Positions 1-9,087 of a stretch of DNA of 64,000 nucleotides are shown here, piece after piece. Position 1 is the first letter of the stretch; each line of letters begins with the position of its first letter. Below the pieces are notes generated by a model, which was not told the origin of the DNA, made no database searches, and saw nothing but the letters and a program-made list of their open reading frames with translations. The DNA lies in assembly GCA_963555825.3 (NCBI GenBank), contig CAUVXB020000001.1, positions 2,112,001-2,176,000 on the forward strand. Reading direction: 5' to 3'. The DNA is from Alphaproteobacteria bacterium. GTDB taxonomy: Bacteria > Pseudomonadota > Alphaproteobacteria > JAAXGF01. The position numbers and the translations under genes are program-made.

Positions 1-455
1 CAAGGATTGCACGGGTTACAGGCGGCTGCCGCGCAGGGGTTACACGGATTGCATGCCGACGCCGCACAAGGGTTGCACGGGTTGCAGGCGGCGGCCGCGC
101 AGGGATTGCAGGCCGAGGCCGCGCAGGGATTGCACGGGTTGCAAGCCGCCGCCGCACACGGATTGCAGGCCGAGGCCGCGCAGGGATTGCACGGGTTGCA
201 GGCCGAAGCCGCACACGGGTTACACGGGTTGCAGGCCGATGCCGCACATGGGTTGCAGGGGTTGCAGGGGTTGCAGGGGTTGCAGGGGTTGGCCGCCGCG
301 CAGGGATTGCACGGCGTGCATGACGCGGCAATCTGCAGGAGCGATCCGCTTGCGCTGGCGGCGCGCGGACTACAGGGCATCGACGTCAGGCCGACGCCGA
401 TGCCCACCACGAACGGGATGACGGTGCTCGAAAGCATCCGGTTGTGAAACGACAT
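1..455 (-). CDS. Exported Cys-rich Asn-Pro-Cys (NPC) repeat protein, 3' end beyond the window
   Basis: Manual translation from ATG at 455 (GAGGT RBS upstream): [26 protein letters not shown]..., then [16 protein letters not shown]...([16 protein letters not shown])n. Frame is open to the window edge. Confidence 0.85.
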   Translation of the reverse strand, partial: MSFHNRMLSSTVIPFVVGIGVGLTSMPCSPRAASASGSLLQIAASCTPCNPCAAANPCNPCNPCNPCNPCAASACNPCNPCAASACNPCNPCAASACNPCAAAACNPCNPCAASACNPCAAAACNPCNPCAASACNPCNPCAAAACNPCNP

Positions 456-642
456 GGTCGGTATACCTCGCCTCTTCTTGTCATTGGCCGAGAAACCTCG
501 CGACAGAGAATAGGGGTAAGACATGCGGCGACAAAGCCGCTTGGCGCCTTCCTCACCATATTGTGACTGCCCTTGAGCCGCGTCGCGGCGGTCGCCAATC
601 ACCGCTTGACGAAGACCGTCGCGGCCATGCCATTGTCGGGCG

Positions 643-1512
643 GTGACACGCATTGCCGCATCGTTGTTCCTGATTCTCGCCATCGCCGTCGGTGGCCGGG
701 CCATGGCCGGTGGCGTCGACCACGCGCCCGAGCTCGTCATCATCCCGGCGGGATCCTTTATCGCCGGCTCGGACGCGGCCGAACGCGAGGCCGGCTATCG
801 GCTCGACGAGGCGGCATACGGGCACAGCGTCACCCGACAACAGCGCTGGTACGCCAGCGAACGACCGCGCGGCGCTGCCGAGACCGACGCCTACGCCATC
901 ACGAAGACGCTGATCACCAATGCCCAATACGCCGCGTTCGTCGCCGCGACGGGCCATCGCGCGCCCGATGTCGATGCCGAGACCTGGAAGGGTTACCGCC
1001 TGGTCCACCCCTATGAACGGACGCGCCGCCACGCCTGGACCGGCGGCCAGCCGCCGCCGGGACACCGCGATCACCCCGTCGTGCTGGTGTCGCACGCCGA
1101 CGCCACCGCCTATGCCGCCTGGCTCGGCGAAGTGACCGGCCTTGTCTGGCGTCTGCCGACCGAACTCGAGTGGGAAAAAGCCGCGCGCGGCGCCGATGGA
1201 CGGCGCTTTCCCTGGGGTGATGATTTCGACCCGACGCGCCTGAACAGCCACGATCTCGGGCCCTTCACGACGACGCCGGTCGGCGCCTTCCCAACCGGCG
1301 CCAGCCCGTACGGTGTGCTGGACGCCGCCGGCCAGGTCTTCGAGTGGACGTCGACGCCCGCCAACAGCGGGCGCTATATCGTCAAGGGTGGCTCGTGGGA
1401 CGACAAGGGCTGTGGCGTGTGCCGCGCCGCGGCGCGCCATTCGCGGCCCGCCGCGCTCAAGCATATACTCATCGGCTTCAGGCTCGCCGCCGACGCCATC
1501 GCGTCCGACTGA
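643..1512 (+). CDS. Formylglycine-generating enzyme (FGE/SUMF1) domain protein with signal peptide
   Basis: Motifs [45 protein letters not shown]; hydrophobic N-terminus. Confidence 0.9.
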   Translation: MTRIAASLFLILAIAVGGRAMAGGVDHAPELVIIPAGSFIAGSDAAEREAGYRLDEAAYGHSVTRQQRWYASERPRGAAETDAYAITKTLITNAQYAAFVAATGHRAPDVDAETWKGYRLVHPYERTRRHAWTGGQPPPGHRDHPVVLVSHADATAYAAWLGEVTGLVWRLPTELEWEKAARGADGRRFPWGDDFDPTRLNSHDLGPFTTTPVGAFPTGASPYGVLDAAGQVFEWTSTPANSGRYIVKGGSWDDKGCGVCRAAARHSRPAALKHILIGFRLAADAIASD

Positions 1513-1793
1513 ACCGCCGCGTCCGGCGCCTCGCGCGCCCAGGTGGGTTCGATCGCATCGTCGCGTTCGACGCCGTGGCCGGCGTCGGCGAAGCGCCCGA
1601 GCGCATCAGGCCGGACCCAACCGACGCGCGCCGTGCCGCGAAGCAGCGTCGCGGCGATGACGCGTCCATGGCCGCCGGTCGCCATGCAGGCGACTTCACG
1701 CGCGACGGGGCTGGCGAAATACGAACCGACGACCAGCCCGACCATCATCAAGGCGACGAGCAGCCAGCTTCCAAAATGATCGGTAAACTTCAT
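1374..1793 (-). CDS. Possible small membrane protein (hypothetical)
   Basis: N-terminal hydrophobic helix (WLLVALMMVGLVVGSYF), but the 3' end overlaps the FGE gene, so it may be degenerate. Confidence 0.3.
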   Translation of the reverse strand: MKFTDHFGSWLLVALMMVGLVVGSYFASPVAREVACMATGGHGRVIAATLLRGTARVGWVRPDALGRFADAGHGVERDDAIEPTWAREAPDAAVQSDAMASAASLKPMSICLSAAGREWRAAARHTPQPLSSHEPPLTI

Positions 1794-2082
1794 GGCAATT
1801 CAAATATGCCGGACGCCCGAAGACTGTCGGGCCTTGCCGGGCCTCAAATTATCACCCCACGCTAAGGCAATTGGTGCCGGCGCCCGCGATCTGTCAATGG
1901 CGGAGCAAAAAGGGACCACCTCGGCGGTGTAAGAAGGGACCGCTTGGCGGCTGCGGGCTTGTCCCCGTAGTCCACGGGAGGGCCCCGCGCGCGACGCGGC
2001 GTGCCCTCAACAGGCTGACGCGGCGGCGCGCGCGGGAGGGACCTGTGGGCCCACGGGGTCAAGCGTGGGCTGGGTGGTCGGT

Positions 2083-2847
2083 TCAGTTAGCAGTCGGGGT
2101 TTGACGCCTGCGGCTCTGGTTGAGCCTGTAGCTGTCACCGTTCATCTCGAGGATGTTGACGTGGTGGGTGAGGCGATCGAGGAGCGCGCCGGTGAGGCGC
2201 TCGGAGCCGAACACCTCGGTCCATTCGTCGAAGGGCAGATTGGTGGTGACCAGGGTCGAGCCCCGCTCGTAGCGTTGGCTGAACACCTCGAACAACAGCT
2301 CGGCGCCGGTCTTCGACAGCGGCACGAAGCCGAGTTCGTCGACGATCAGAAGCTTGTAGGTGGCGAGCTTCTTCTGGAACCTCAGCAGCTGCTTGTCATC
2401 GCGGGCCTCGATGAGTTCGTGGACCAGCGCGGCGGCGGTGATGAAGCCGACCGAGAGGCCCTTCTGGCAGGCCGCCAGGCCGAGACCGAGGGCGATGTGG
2501 GTCTTGCCGGTCCCACTGTTGCCGAGCGCGATGAGGTTCTCGCGGCGCTCGATGTACTCGCAGCGGGCCAGCTCCAGGACCAGCGCCTTGTTGAGCGAGG
2601 GGATGACCTTGAAGTCGAAGCTGTCGAGGCTCTTGACCACGGGGAAGCGCGCCGCCTTGATGCGCCGCTCGACCATGCGGCGCTCGCGGTCGATCAGCTC
2701 GAGCTCGGCGAGTCTCAACAGGTAGCGGACGTGATCGACGCCTTCCGAGGCGCACTGCCGGGCGATCTTGTCGTACTCGCGCAGGAAGGTCGGCAGCTTC
2801 AGCGTCTTGAGGTGGTGGGCGAGCAGCACTTGCGGTGTGTCGGTCAT
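2083..2847 (-). CDS. istB: IS21 helper ATPase IstB
   Basis: Walker A GNSGTGKT, LLIVDELG, LLDRLTHH; start MTDTPQ overlaps the istA stop. Confidence 0.95.
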   Translation of the reverse strand: MTDTPQVLLAHHLKTLKLPTFLREYDKIARQCASEGVDHVRYLLRLAELELIDRERRMVERRIKAARFPVVKSLDSFDFKVIPSLNKALVLELARCEYIERRENLIALGNSGTGKTHIALGLGLAACQKGLSVGFITAAALVHELIEARDDKQLLRFQKKLATYKLLIVDELGFVPLSKTGAELLFEVFSQRYERGSTLVTTNLPFDEWTEVFGSERLTGALLDRLTHHVNILEMNGDSYRLNQSRRRQTPTAN

Positions 2848-4343
2848 GCGCCGAGCCCCGACAGCAGGCTCATGTACGACTTGGCGGACGTCATCGCGAC
2901 CCGGGCGCGCGGCAGATACGGATAGACGTCGAGGTTGAGCCTGGGCGGCCGCCGCTCGATGCGGCACAGTACCAGGTGCTTCACCGCATCAAAGCCGATT
3001 GCGCCGAGCCGCAGGGCGTCGCCGACCGCACCCTCGACCTCCTCGAGCCGGAAGGTCTCCAGTAGACGGAGCACCTGGACGTACTCGCGCTTGCCTGCCT
3101 TGCCCATACGAGCTTCGAGGAGCCGCCGCAGAGTGATGAAGGCCTCGGGCAGGTCCCAGCCCGCCAATGGCGCGGCCTGGTCGAGGGCGCCGATCTTCTG
3201 CTCGATCAAGGGCAGGTAATGCAGCGGGTCGAAGATCAGGTCCTCGCTGTCGTAGGACCGGCGGTGCCGGGCGATCACCTCGGCCCCGCAGCTGATCACC
3301 ACCTCATCGACGTAGCCCCGGATGAGCACCTCACGGTGGCCGTAGGCCACGGGCACGGAATAGTCGTTGCTGCGGTAACGCACCAGCGACAGCGAACTCG
3401 CCCGTCCAGGGCGCTTATCGCAGGCATCATAGGGAGCAGGCGGCAATGGCAAGAGAACTTGACGATCCCGCTCGAGACGCTCGCCGATGGTCTCCTTGTG
3501 GCCCCGCAGCCGCGCCGCCTGGCGCCGGCGGCACTGTTCGGCGAGAGCATCGTTGAGGGCCGCGAAGCTCTCGGCACGCGGGACGGGGACCAGGAAGTTC
3601 CGCCGGATGAAGCCGACCAGTCCCTCGACCTTGCCCTTGTCGTTGCCCTTGCCCGGCCGGCCGAACCTGTCCTCGAACAGATAGTGGGACTGAAGCTCCG
3701 TGAAGACGCGCGTTCGCTGCCGCTTCCCATCGCCCAGGATCCGGGCAACCGCCAGCTTGGTGTTGTCGTACAGGATGGATCGGGGGACGCCGCCGAAGAA
3801 GGCAAACGCCGCGTTGTGGCCATCGCAGAATGCTTCGGTCGTCTCCGCCGGATAGGCCGCAACAAAGCAACCATCACTGTGGGGAAGGTCGAAGGCAAGG
3901 AAGTGGATCTTCCGTAACGCGCCGCCGATCACCGCCATCGCTTCGCCGAAGTCCGCCTGGGCGTGACCGGGGGAATGGGAGAGTGGCACGAACACCTCAC
4001 GCGACCGAAGCCCCTGCTCACGAACGTAGTCCTTCACGATGGTGTAGCCGCCCGTGAAACCGTACTCGTCCCGGAGGCGGTCGAAGATGCGCTTCGCAGT
4101 GTGCCGTTGCTTGCGGTGGCTGGTCCGATCGTCTTCCAAGATCCGATCGATGATTCCCGTGAACGGACCCAGCTTTGGCCGCCTCGGCGGCGCGCTTCGG
4201 CGATACCCTGGCGGCACCGAGAACGACAGCATCTTACGGACCGTCTTGCGGTCTACACCAAACACCCGCGAGGCCTCGCGGGTGCTCATCCCCTCGACAT
4301 GACACGCCCGCCGAACCCGTGCGTACAACTCCACCCGATACAT
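2844..4343 (-). CDS. istA: IS21 transposase IstA
   Basis: N-terminal HTH, AQADFG, ILYDN, KGKVE DDE motifs. Confidence 0.95.
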   Translation of the reverse strand: MYRVELYARVRRACHVEGMSTREASRVFGVDRKTVRKMLSFSVPPGYRRSAPPRRPKLGPFTGIIDRILEDDRTSHRKQRHTAKRIFDRLRDEYGFTGGYTIVKDYVREQGLRSREVFVPLSHSPGHAQADFGEAMAVIGGALRKIHFLAFDLPHSDGCFVAAYPAETTEAFCDGHNAAFAFFGGVPRSILYDNTKLAVARILGDGKRQRTRVFTELQSHYLFEDRFGRPGKGNDKGKVEGLVGFIRRNFLVPVPRAESFAALNDALAEQCRRRQAARLRGHKETIGERLERDRQVLLPLPPAPYDACDKRPGRASSLSLVRYRSNDYSVPVAYGHREVLIRGYVDEVVISCGAEVIARHRRSYDSEDLIFDPLHYLPLIEQKIGALDQAAPLAGWDLPEAFITLRRLLEARMGKAGKREYVQVLRLLETFRLEEVEGAVGDALRLGAIGFDAVKHLVLCRIERRPPRLNLDVYPYLPRARVAMTSAKSYMSLLSGLGA

Positions 4344-4778
4344 CCCCCCCGCCTTCCAGTCAGAGCAACCCTGACAGAAGGCTATACGCGGTCCCATTTT
4401 GGTCCGCCGCAGCCGGATCGACCGGCCGCTTCAGTGGGGGATTATTGCTCTGCCGTTCTCAACTCTGTCTTGGTCATTCTCACTTGGTTTCTCCCCTAAC
4501 CTGCTGGAGGGCCGATTTCGCGTCGCCGTGGCTGCTGACTAGAGTGTAGCAGACGGAAGTGCGCGAGGATTGGTTTGGCTGGAGCTAGCCATGAGCCGAC
4601 GTCGAACGCCGATGTTCTGAGATTCAGGTTGCCTAAGTCGGCGTCCGTGCGGACTGCAGACCTTGCAGTGTCACTCGTCGAATGTCTGCACCTAGCCGAC
4701 ATTCGAGCAATCCGCTGCAGGCATCTGAATAGTCCGCTAAACTGCTGATCCTTGCAGATTCCCGTCAGGGGGCGTCCC

Positions 4779-4997
4779 GTGGCCGAAGACAGGGTGGAGC
4801 GCAGGCTGACCACCATCCTCGCTGCCGACGCCGTCGGTTATAGCCGCCTCATGGCTGCCGACGCGGCTGGGACGCTCACGTCTCTCAAGGCAATCCGAAG
4901 AGAGCTTATCGAACCCAAGACCACTGAGCACCCCGGGCGCGTCGTCAAGCCGAACGGCGACGGCGCTCTGATGGAGTTTGGTAGGCGAGTAAACTAA
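4779..4997 (+). pseudogene. Fragment of a class III adenylate/guanylate cyclase N-terminus
   Basis: ERRLTTILAADAVGYSRLM...GDGALMEF matches the cyclases at 51-54 kb; truncated. Confidence 0.75.
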
Positions 4998-5070
4998 TCG
5001 AACCGAGAACGTTTGCATTGGGGAATCCTTACCCAGTGGCGACCGTGGAATTGGAATAAGAGCTCAGGCG

Positions 5071-6361
5071 ATGAAAACCAACGATGAGATTTACCAACGC
5101 CGGGATGAAAGCGTCGCTCGGGCCATCGCTTACTCGTCAACATTCGTTGCAGCCCGGGCCCAAGGCGGAGAAGTTTGGGATGTCGAGGGCAACCGCTATA
5201 TCGATTTCTGCGGTGGTATTGGATGCCAGAATGTCGGGCATGGTCATCCCAAGGTGATTGCTGCGATTGAAAAGCAGGCCCAAGCATTCACCCATACCTG
5301 CTTTCAGATCAGCCCCTATGAAAGATACGTCCAGCTAGCGGAACGTATGAACGCACTGGCCCCCGGGGATTTCAAAAAGAAGTCATTGTTTTTCTCGACC
5401 GGCGGCGAAGCTGTTGAAAACGCGGTCAAGATTGCGCGATATCACACCCGGCGCCCGGCGCTGATCACATTCACCAACGGCTACCATGGTCGTTCTTATA
5501 TGGGGATGGGCCTGAGTGCCCGGATGAACCCGTTCAAAGCTGGGTTTCGACCGTTTCCCACGGAAATTTACCGGATCCCCTTTCCGGATGCCTATCACAG
5601 GATCACACTTGATGACACAAAACGTGCATTCGATACCTTGTTTCGAAGCGATGTCGAACCAACACAGATAGCGGCTGCCTTCTTTGAGCCCGTCCAGGGG
5701 CGGTTACAACATTGCCGAGCCGGCGTTCATCGAATATCTGCGCGCACTTTGCGACGAGCATGGGATCGTCATGGTCGCTGATGAAATTCAGACAGGATTT
5801 GGCCGCGCCGGAAAGATGTTCGCCATGGAGCACTTCGGGGTTGCGCCCGATCTTACCTGTGTCGGGAAAAGCATGGGGGGCGGTCTTCCGTTGTCGGGCA
5901 TTGTCGGCCGGGCCGATATCATCGATAGCGTCCCGCCGGGTGGCCTCGGCGGAACATTCGGCGGCAACCCGGTCGCTTGTGCGGCGGCGCTCGCCGTTCT
6001 CGACGTGATCGAGGAAGAGAGCCTGCTCGAAAAGGGCCTCGAGCTGGGTGCCCATATCGACAAGCGCTTCAGGGAAATGGCCCACAAAAACTCATGCAGT
6101 TGCATCGGCGATGTCCGGGCGCTGGGATGTATGAATGCTATTGAGATTGTTGGCGACCGCGAGACACGCGAACCCGCCGGCGACCTGACATCCGAAATCG
6201 TCAAGATCGCGCTCTCGAATGGGTTGATCCTGGTGACGGCGGGACCGACGCGTAATGTCATCCGCGTGCTCGTTCCGCTGTCCACATCAATGGAACTCGT
6301 CGACGAAGGCATGAGCATCATGGAGGCGTCAATCGGCGAAGCCATGGCGCGACCATCTTGA
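5071..6361 (+). pseudogene. gabT: 4-aminobutyrate aminotransferase, frameshifted near 5700 (real or sequencing error)
   Basis: WDVEGNRYIDF, GEAVENAVKIAR, DEIQTGFGRAG, GKSMGGG, GGTFGGNP split across two frames at the EPVQG(E)GG motif. Confidence 0.8.
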
Positions 6362-6446
6362 TGAAGCCTTTTGCGATTGAAGAATTGATTGAAGCCATCC
6401 GCGAAGTGATGCGCACCCGAGGCGGCACGAATGTCTGTTTCGGGTC

Positions 6447-8130
6447 CAGACTGTGTAAGAACGTTTGCTGCGTGATCTGTACGGCGCGTCTTTGGCTTCG
6501 ATGATCCGTCGCGGCGGGTATTCCGGGATTAAGGATTTTCGCCACTCGTGCGGACCTGTCGGCCGGCTGGCGCCGGTGTGAGCTGCGATTTGGCCGGATA
6601 TGGGCGCAATTTGCGGCGCAGAGAGGCCTATGCGGTCCTCATCGCCGCGATCAGCGGGTCGATGCCCGTGATGTTCATGACGCGCTTGAGATTGTAGGCC
6701 AGCACGTGCAGGGCCATCTCGGTCCTCACCCGTTTCAGCGTCTTCGTCTGGAAATGCGTCGCGCCCATCCAGGACTTGATGGTGCCGAAGGGATGCTCGG
6801 CCGTCTCGCGCCGCCGACGCATCGCCTCCGGGTGCTCGTCGAGCCGCCTCTCGACGGCCTCGAGAACATGCTCGTGCTGCCAGCGGGTGATGCGGCGCTG
6901 CTTGGCCGTGGTGCAGCGATGCTTGATGGCGCATCCCTGACAGGCGTTGGTCCAGTAGCGCCGCATGCTCAGCCCCCTCTCCTGGCTGGTGAAGCGGTAG
7001 ACCAAACGCTCGCCGGCCGGGCAGCGATAGACATCGTCGGCGGCCAGATAGACGAAGTCCTGTTTGCCGAAGCGGCCCTTGGCCTTGGCTCCAGAGGTCA
7101 GCGGCTTAGGCAATGTGACGGTGATGCCGGCCTCATCGCAGGCCAGAATCTCCTTGCCGTTGTAGTAGCCGCGATCGGCAACGACATCCAACTCGTCGGT
7201 CTCCAGAGCCGCCTTGGTCCGCTTCGCCATGGCTGAGAGCTGGACGCGGTCGGTGCCCTGATTGGTCACCTCGTGGGCGACGATCAGGTGGTGCTTGGTG
7301 TCGACGGCGGCCTGAACGTTGTAGCCGACCACGCCGGAACCCCGGCCGCTCGTCGCCATCGAGCGGGCATCGGGATCGCTCAGAGAGATCTGCTGGTCCG
7401 GGCTCGCACGCCGCTCGACTTCAAGCGCCTTCAGGCGCCGCATCTCCTCCTTGAGGATCGCGATCTTGTCGGCCAGACGAGTCGTCTTGGTCGTGCGCGC
7501 CAGCGACGGCTCTTGCCGGTCGGCGCTGTCCAACTGGTCCAGATAGCGCGCAACGCTCTCCTCGATCTGCGCCACCCGCCGCGCCATCTTGGCCCGCGTG
7601 AAGTTCCTGTCCCGGCTGTTGACCGCCTTGAACTTCGAGCCATCGATCGCCACGCTCGCCTCGGCGAACAGCCCGAGTTGCCGGCACAGCGCGACGAACC
7701 GGGCGCAGACCTTGCGGATCGCACGGCCGTTGTCCTTGCGGAAGTCGGCGATCGTCTTGTGATCCGGCGCCAGCCGGCCGACCAGCCACATCACTTCCAC
7801 ATTGCGCCCGGCCTCCCTCTCGAGCCGACGGCTCGACTGAACCCGGTTGAGATAGCCGTAGATGTAGAGCTTCAACAAATCGCAAGGATGATAGGCCGGC
7901 CTGCCGGTCGCCAGCGGCTCGACCCGGTCGAACCCGAGGCCGCCAAGATCGAGCTCATCGACGAAGACGTCGATCGCCCGAACCGGGTTGTCGTCGCCGA
8001 TCCAGTCTTCCAGGCGCTCCGGAAACAACGTGCCCTGGCTGCGATCGACACCCTCGACAAAACGCTTCATCAGACCCTCCCGCCAAAGCACGAGAGAATC
8101 ATAACACCATCGACGTTTTTACACAGGCTG
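6447..8130 (-). mobile_element. IS1182-family insertion sequence, type A, copy 1 (1684 bp)
   Basis: Imperfect IRs CAGACTGTGTAAGAAC / GTTTTTACACAGGCTG; GGTC on both sides; near-identical to 20983-22666. Confidence 0.9.
6628..8070 (-). CDS. IS1182-family transposase
   Basis: GRPAYHP...YGYLNRVQSSRRLERE, IDGSK, ADRGY, EHPFGTIK. Confidence 0.9.
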   Translation of the reverse strand: MKRFVEGVDRSQGTLFPERLEDWIGDDNPVRAIDVFVDELDLGGLGFDRVEPLATGRPAYHPCDLLKLYIYGYLNRVQSSRRLEREAGRNVEVMWLVGRLAPDHKTIADFRKDNGRAIRKVCARFVALCRQLGLFAEASVAIDGSKFKAVNSRDRNFTRAKMARRVAQIEESVARYLDQLDSADRQEPSLARTTKTTRLADKIAILKEEMRRLKALEVERRASPDQQISLSDPDARSMATSGRGSGVVGYNVQAAVDTKHHLIVAHEVTNQGTDRVQLSAMAKRTKAALETDELDVVADRGYYNGKEILACDEAGITVTLPKPLTSGAKAKGRFGKQDFVYLAADDVYRCPAGERLVYRFTSQERGLSMRRYWTNACQGCAIKHRCTTAKQRRITRWQHEHVLEAVERRLDEHPEAMRRRRETAEHPFGTIKSWMGATHFQTKTLKRVRTEMALHVLAYNLKRVMNITGIDPLIAAMRTA

Positions 8131-8399
8131 GGTCAATTGCAAACGAACGGCGGCACCGTCAGGCGGGTCCGCTGCTTGTGGTGAAGCAGACGCAATCGGG
8201 GGCAAAGCGGACGTTGCCGCTTGAAGGTTGGCTTTCGGGGGTAGAGCGGTCTTACCGGCGACAGGGCCCGACCGAGACGAAGCCGCACCGGGGTCCCGAG
8301 AGGGAAGCCAAAAACTCTCGCGGTTGCGCGGCTGGCCGGTTTCGCCGGAGTGGCGTAGTTTAAACAAATCGCCCGCCTGATGGACTGCGCCAAAACCCT

Positions 8400-8840
8400 A
8401 TGACCACAGCCGATATACCTGCCGAAACGGTAACATCGGATGACGAGTGGGGGCTTGTCTATGATTGGCAATGCCCGGCCTGCAACCTCTACTGCCACCT
8501 GTTGTGCATCGGGGAAGCCGGCGGCCAATTTCGTTTGGTCAACGCGCGCGATAACGCCGAGGTCATGAAAGAAATCACGGCCCGGGGCTTCGATATCGAT
8601 CAGGGCATGGTTCTGAAAATGAACCACCAGTTCTATTTCGGGGCCGACGCAATTCACATGCTGGCCCTCATTGCCAGCCCGTCCACGGTGTTCAATCGGT
8701 TTAATATCTGGATATTTCGCTCTCGGCGTCGCTCGGAACTGCTCTATCCAGTTCTGCGTGCCTGCCGTAATTTCCTGCTGAAGCTCTTGAGGCGCACCAA
8801 GATCAACAATCTCGGACTGCCGGACAACGAGAGGTTCTGA
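8400..8840 (+). CDS. DCC1-like thiol-disulfide oxidoreductase family protein (DUF393)
   Basis: LVYDWQCPAC (DxxCxxC) motif and C-terminal YPVLRACRNFLL. Confidence 0.75.
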   Translation: MTTADIPAETVTSDDEWGLVYDWQCPACNLYCHLLCIGEAGGQFRLVNARDNAEVMKEITARGFDIDQGMVLKMNHQFYFGADAIHMLALIASPSTVFNRFNIWIFRSRRRSELLYPVLRACRNFLLKLLRRTKINNLGLPDNERF

Positions 8841-8879
8841 CGCTTTGGTCCAACGAACGTCTGCTACGGTCCCGGGGTC

Positions 8880-9050
8880 ATCTCTTTGATCGCCAGGGCG
8901 CGTTGGTCAAGCGGCTCGGCCTCGGCGTACTTGCTCTGGGCGTGGTAGAGCGCTGCTAGGTTGTTGAGGCTCGTGGTTACGTCGGGGTGCTCCGGCCCCC
9001 CAGGGTCTTCTCGTTGATCGCCAGGGCGCGTTGGTAGCGCGGCTCTCCCA
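8880..9050 (-). pseudogene. Kinesin-light-chain-type TPR repeat fragment
   Basis: Reverse strand reads YQRALAINEKTL/GPEHPDVTTSLNNLAALYHAQSKYAEAEPLDQRALAIKE with a frameshift. Confidence 0.7.
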
Positions 9051-9087
9051 CTTACCGCCGCGAACCTTGTGTTCGTTTAATCCGGCA

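Larger units (their letters stand above)
1892..4461 (-). mobile_element. IS21-family insertion sequence, copy 1 (2570 bp)
   Basis: TG...CA ends (TGTCAATGGCGGAGCAA / TGAGAACGGCAGAGCAA), istA-istB; same length and proteins as 11863-14432. Confidence 0.95.

Noticed and set aside
7-447. + strand HGL/QGL repeat ORF and GCTGC repeat ORF; also a possible CRISPR or DNA tandem repeat
   Set aside because: These are antisense shadows of the NPC gene. The periodicity is codon-based and there are no unique spacers.
5690-5710. Programmed frameshift in gabT (likewise in ALDH near 27560)
   Set aside because: There is no slippery motif and bases are missing from conserved motifs. A sequencing error or recent pseudogenisation is more likely.
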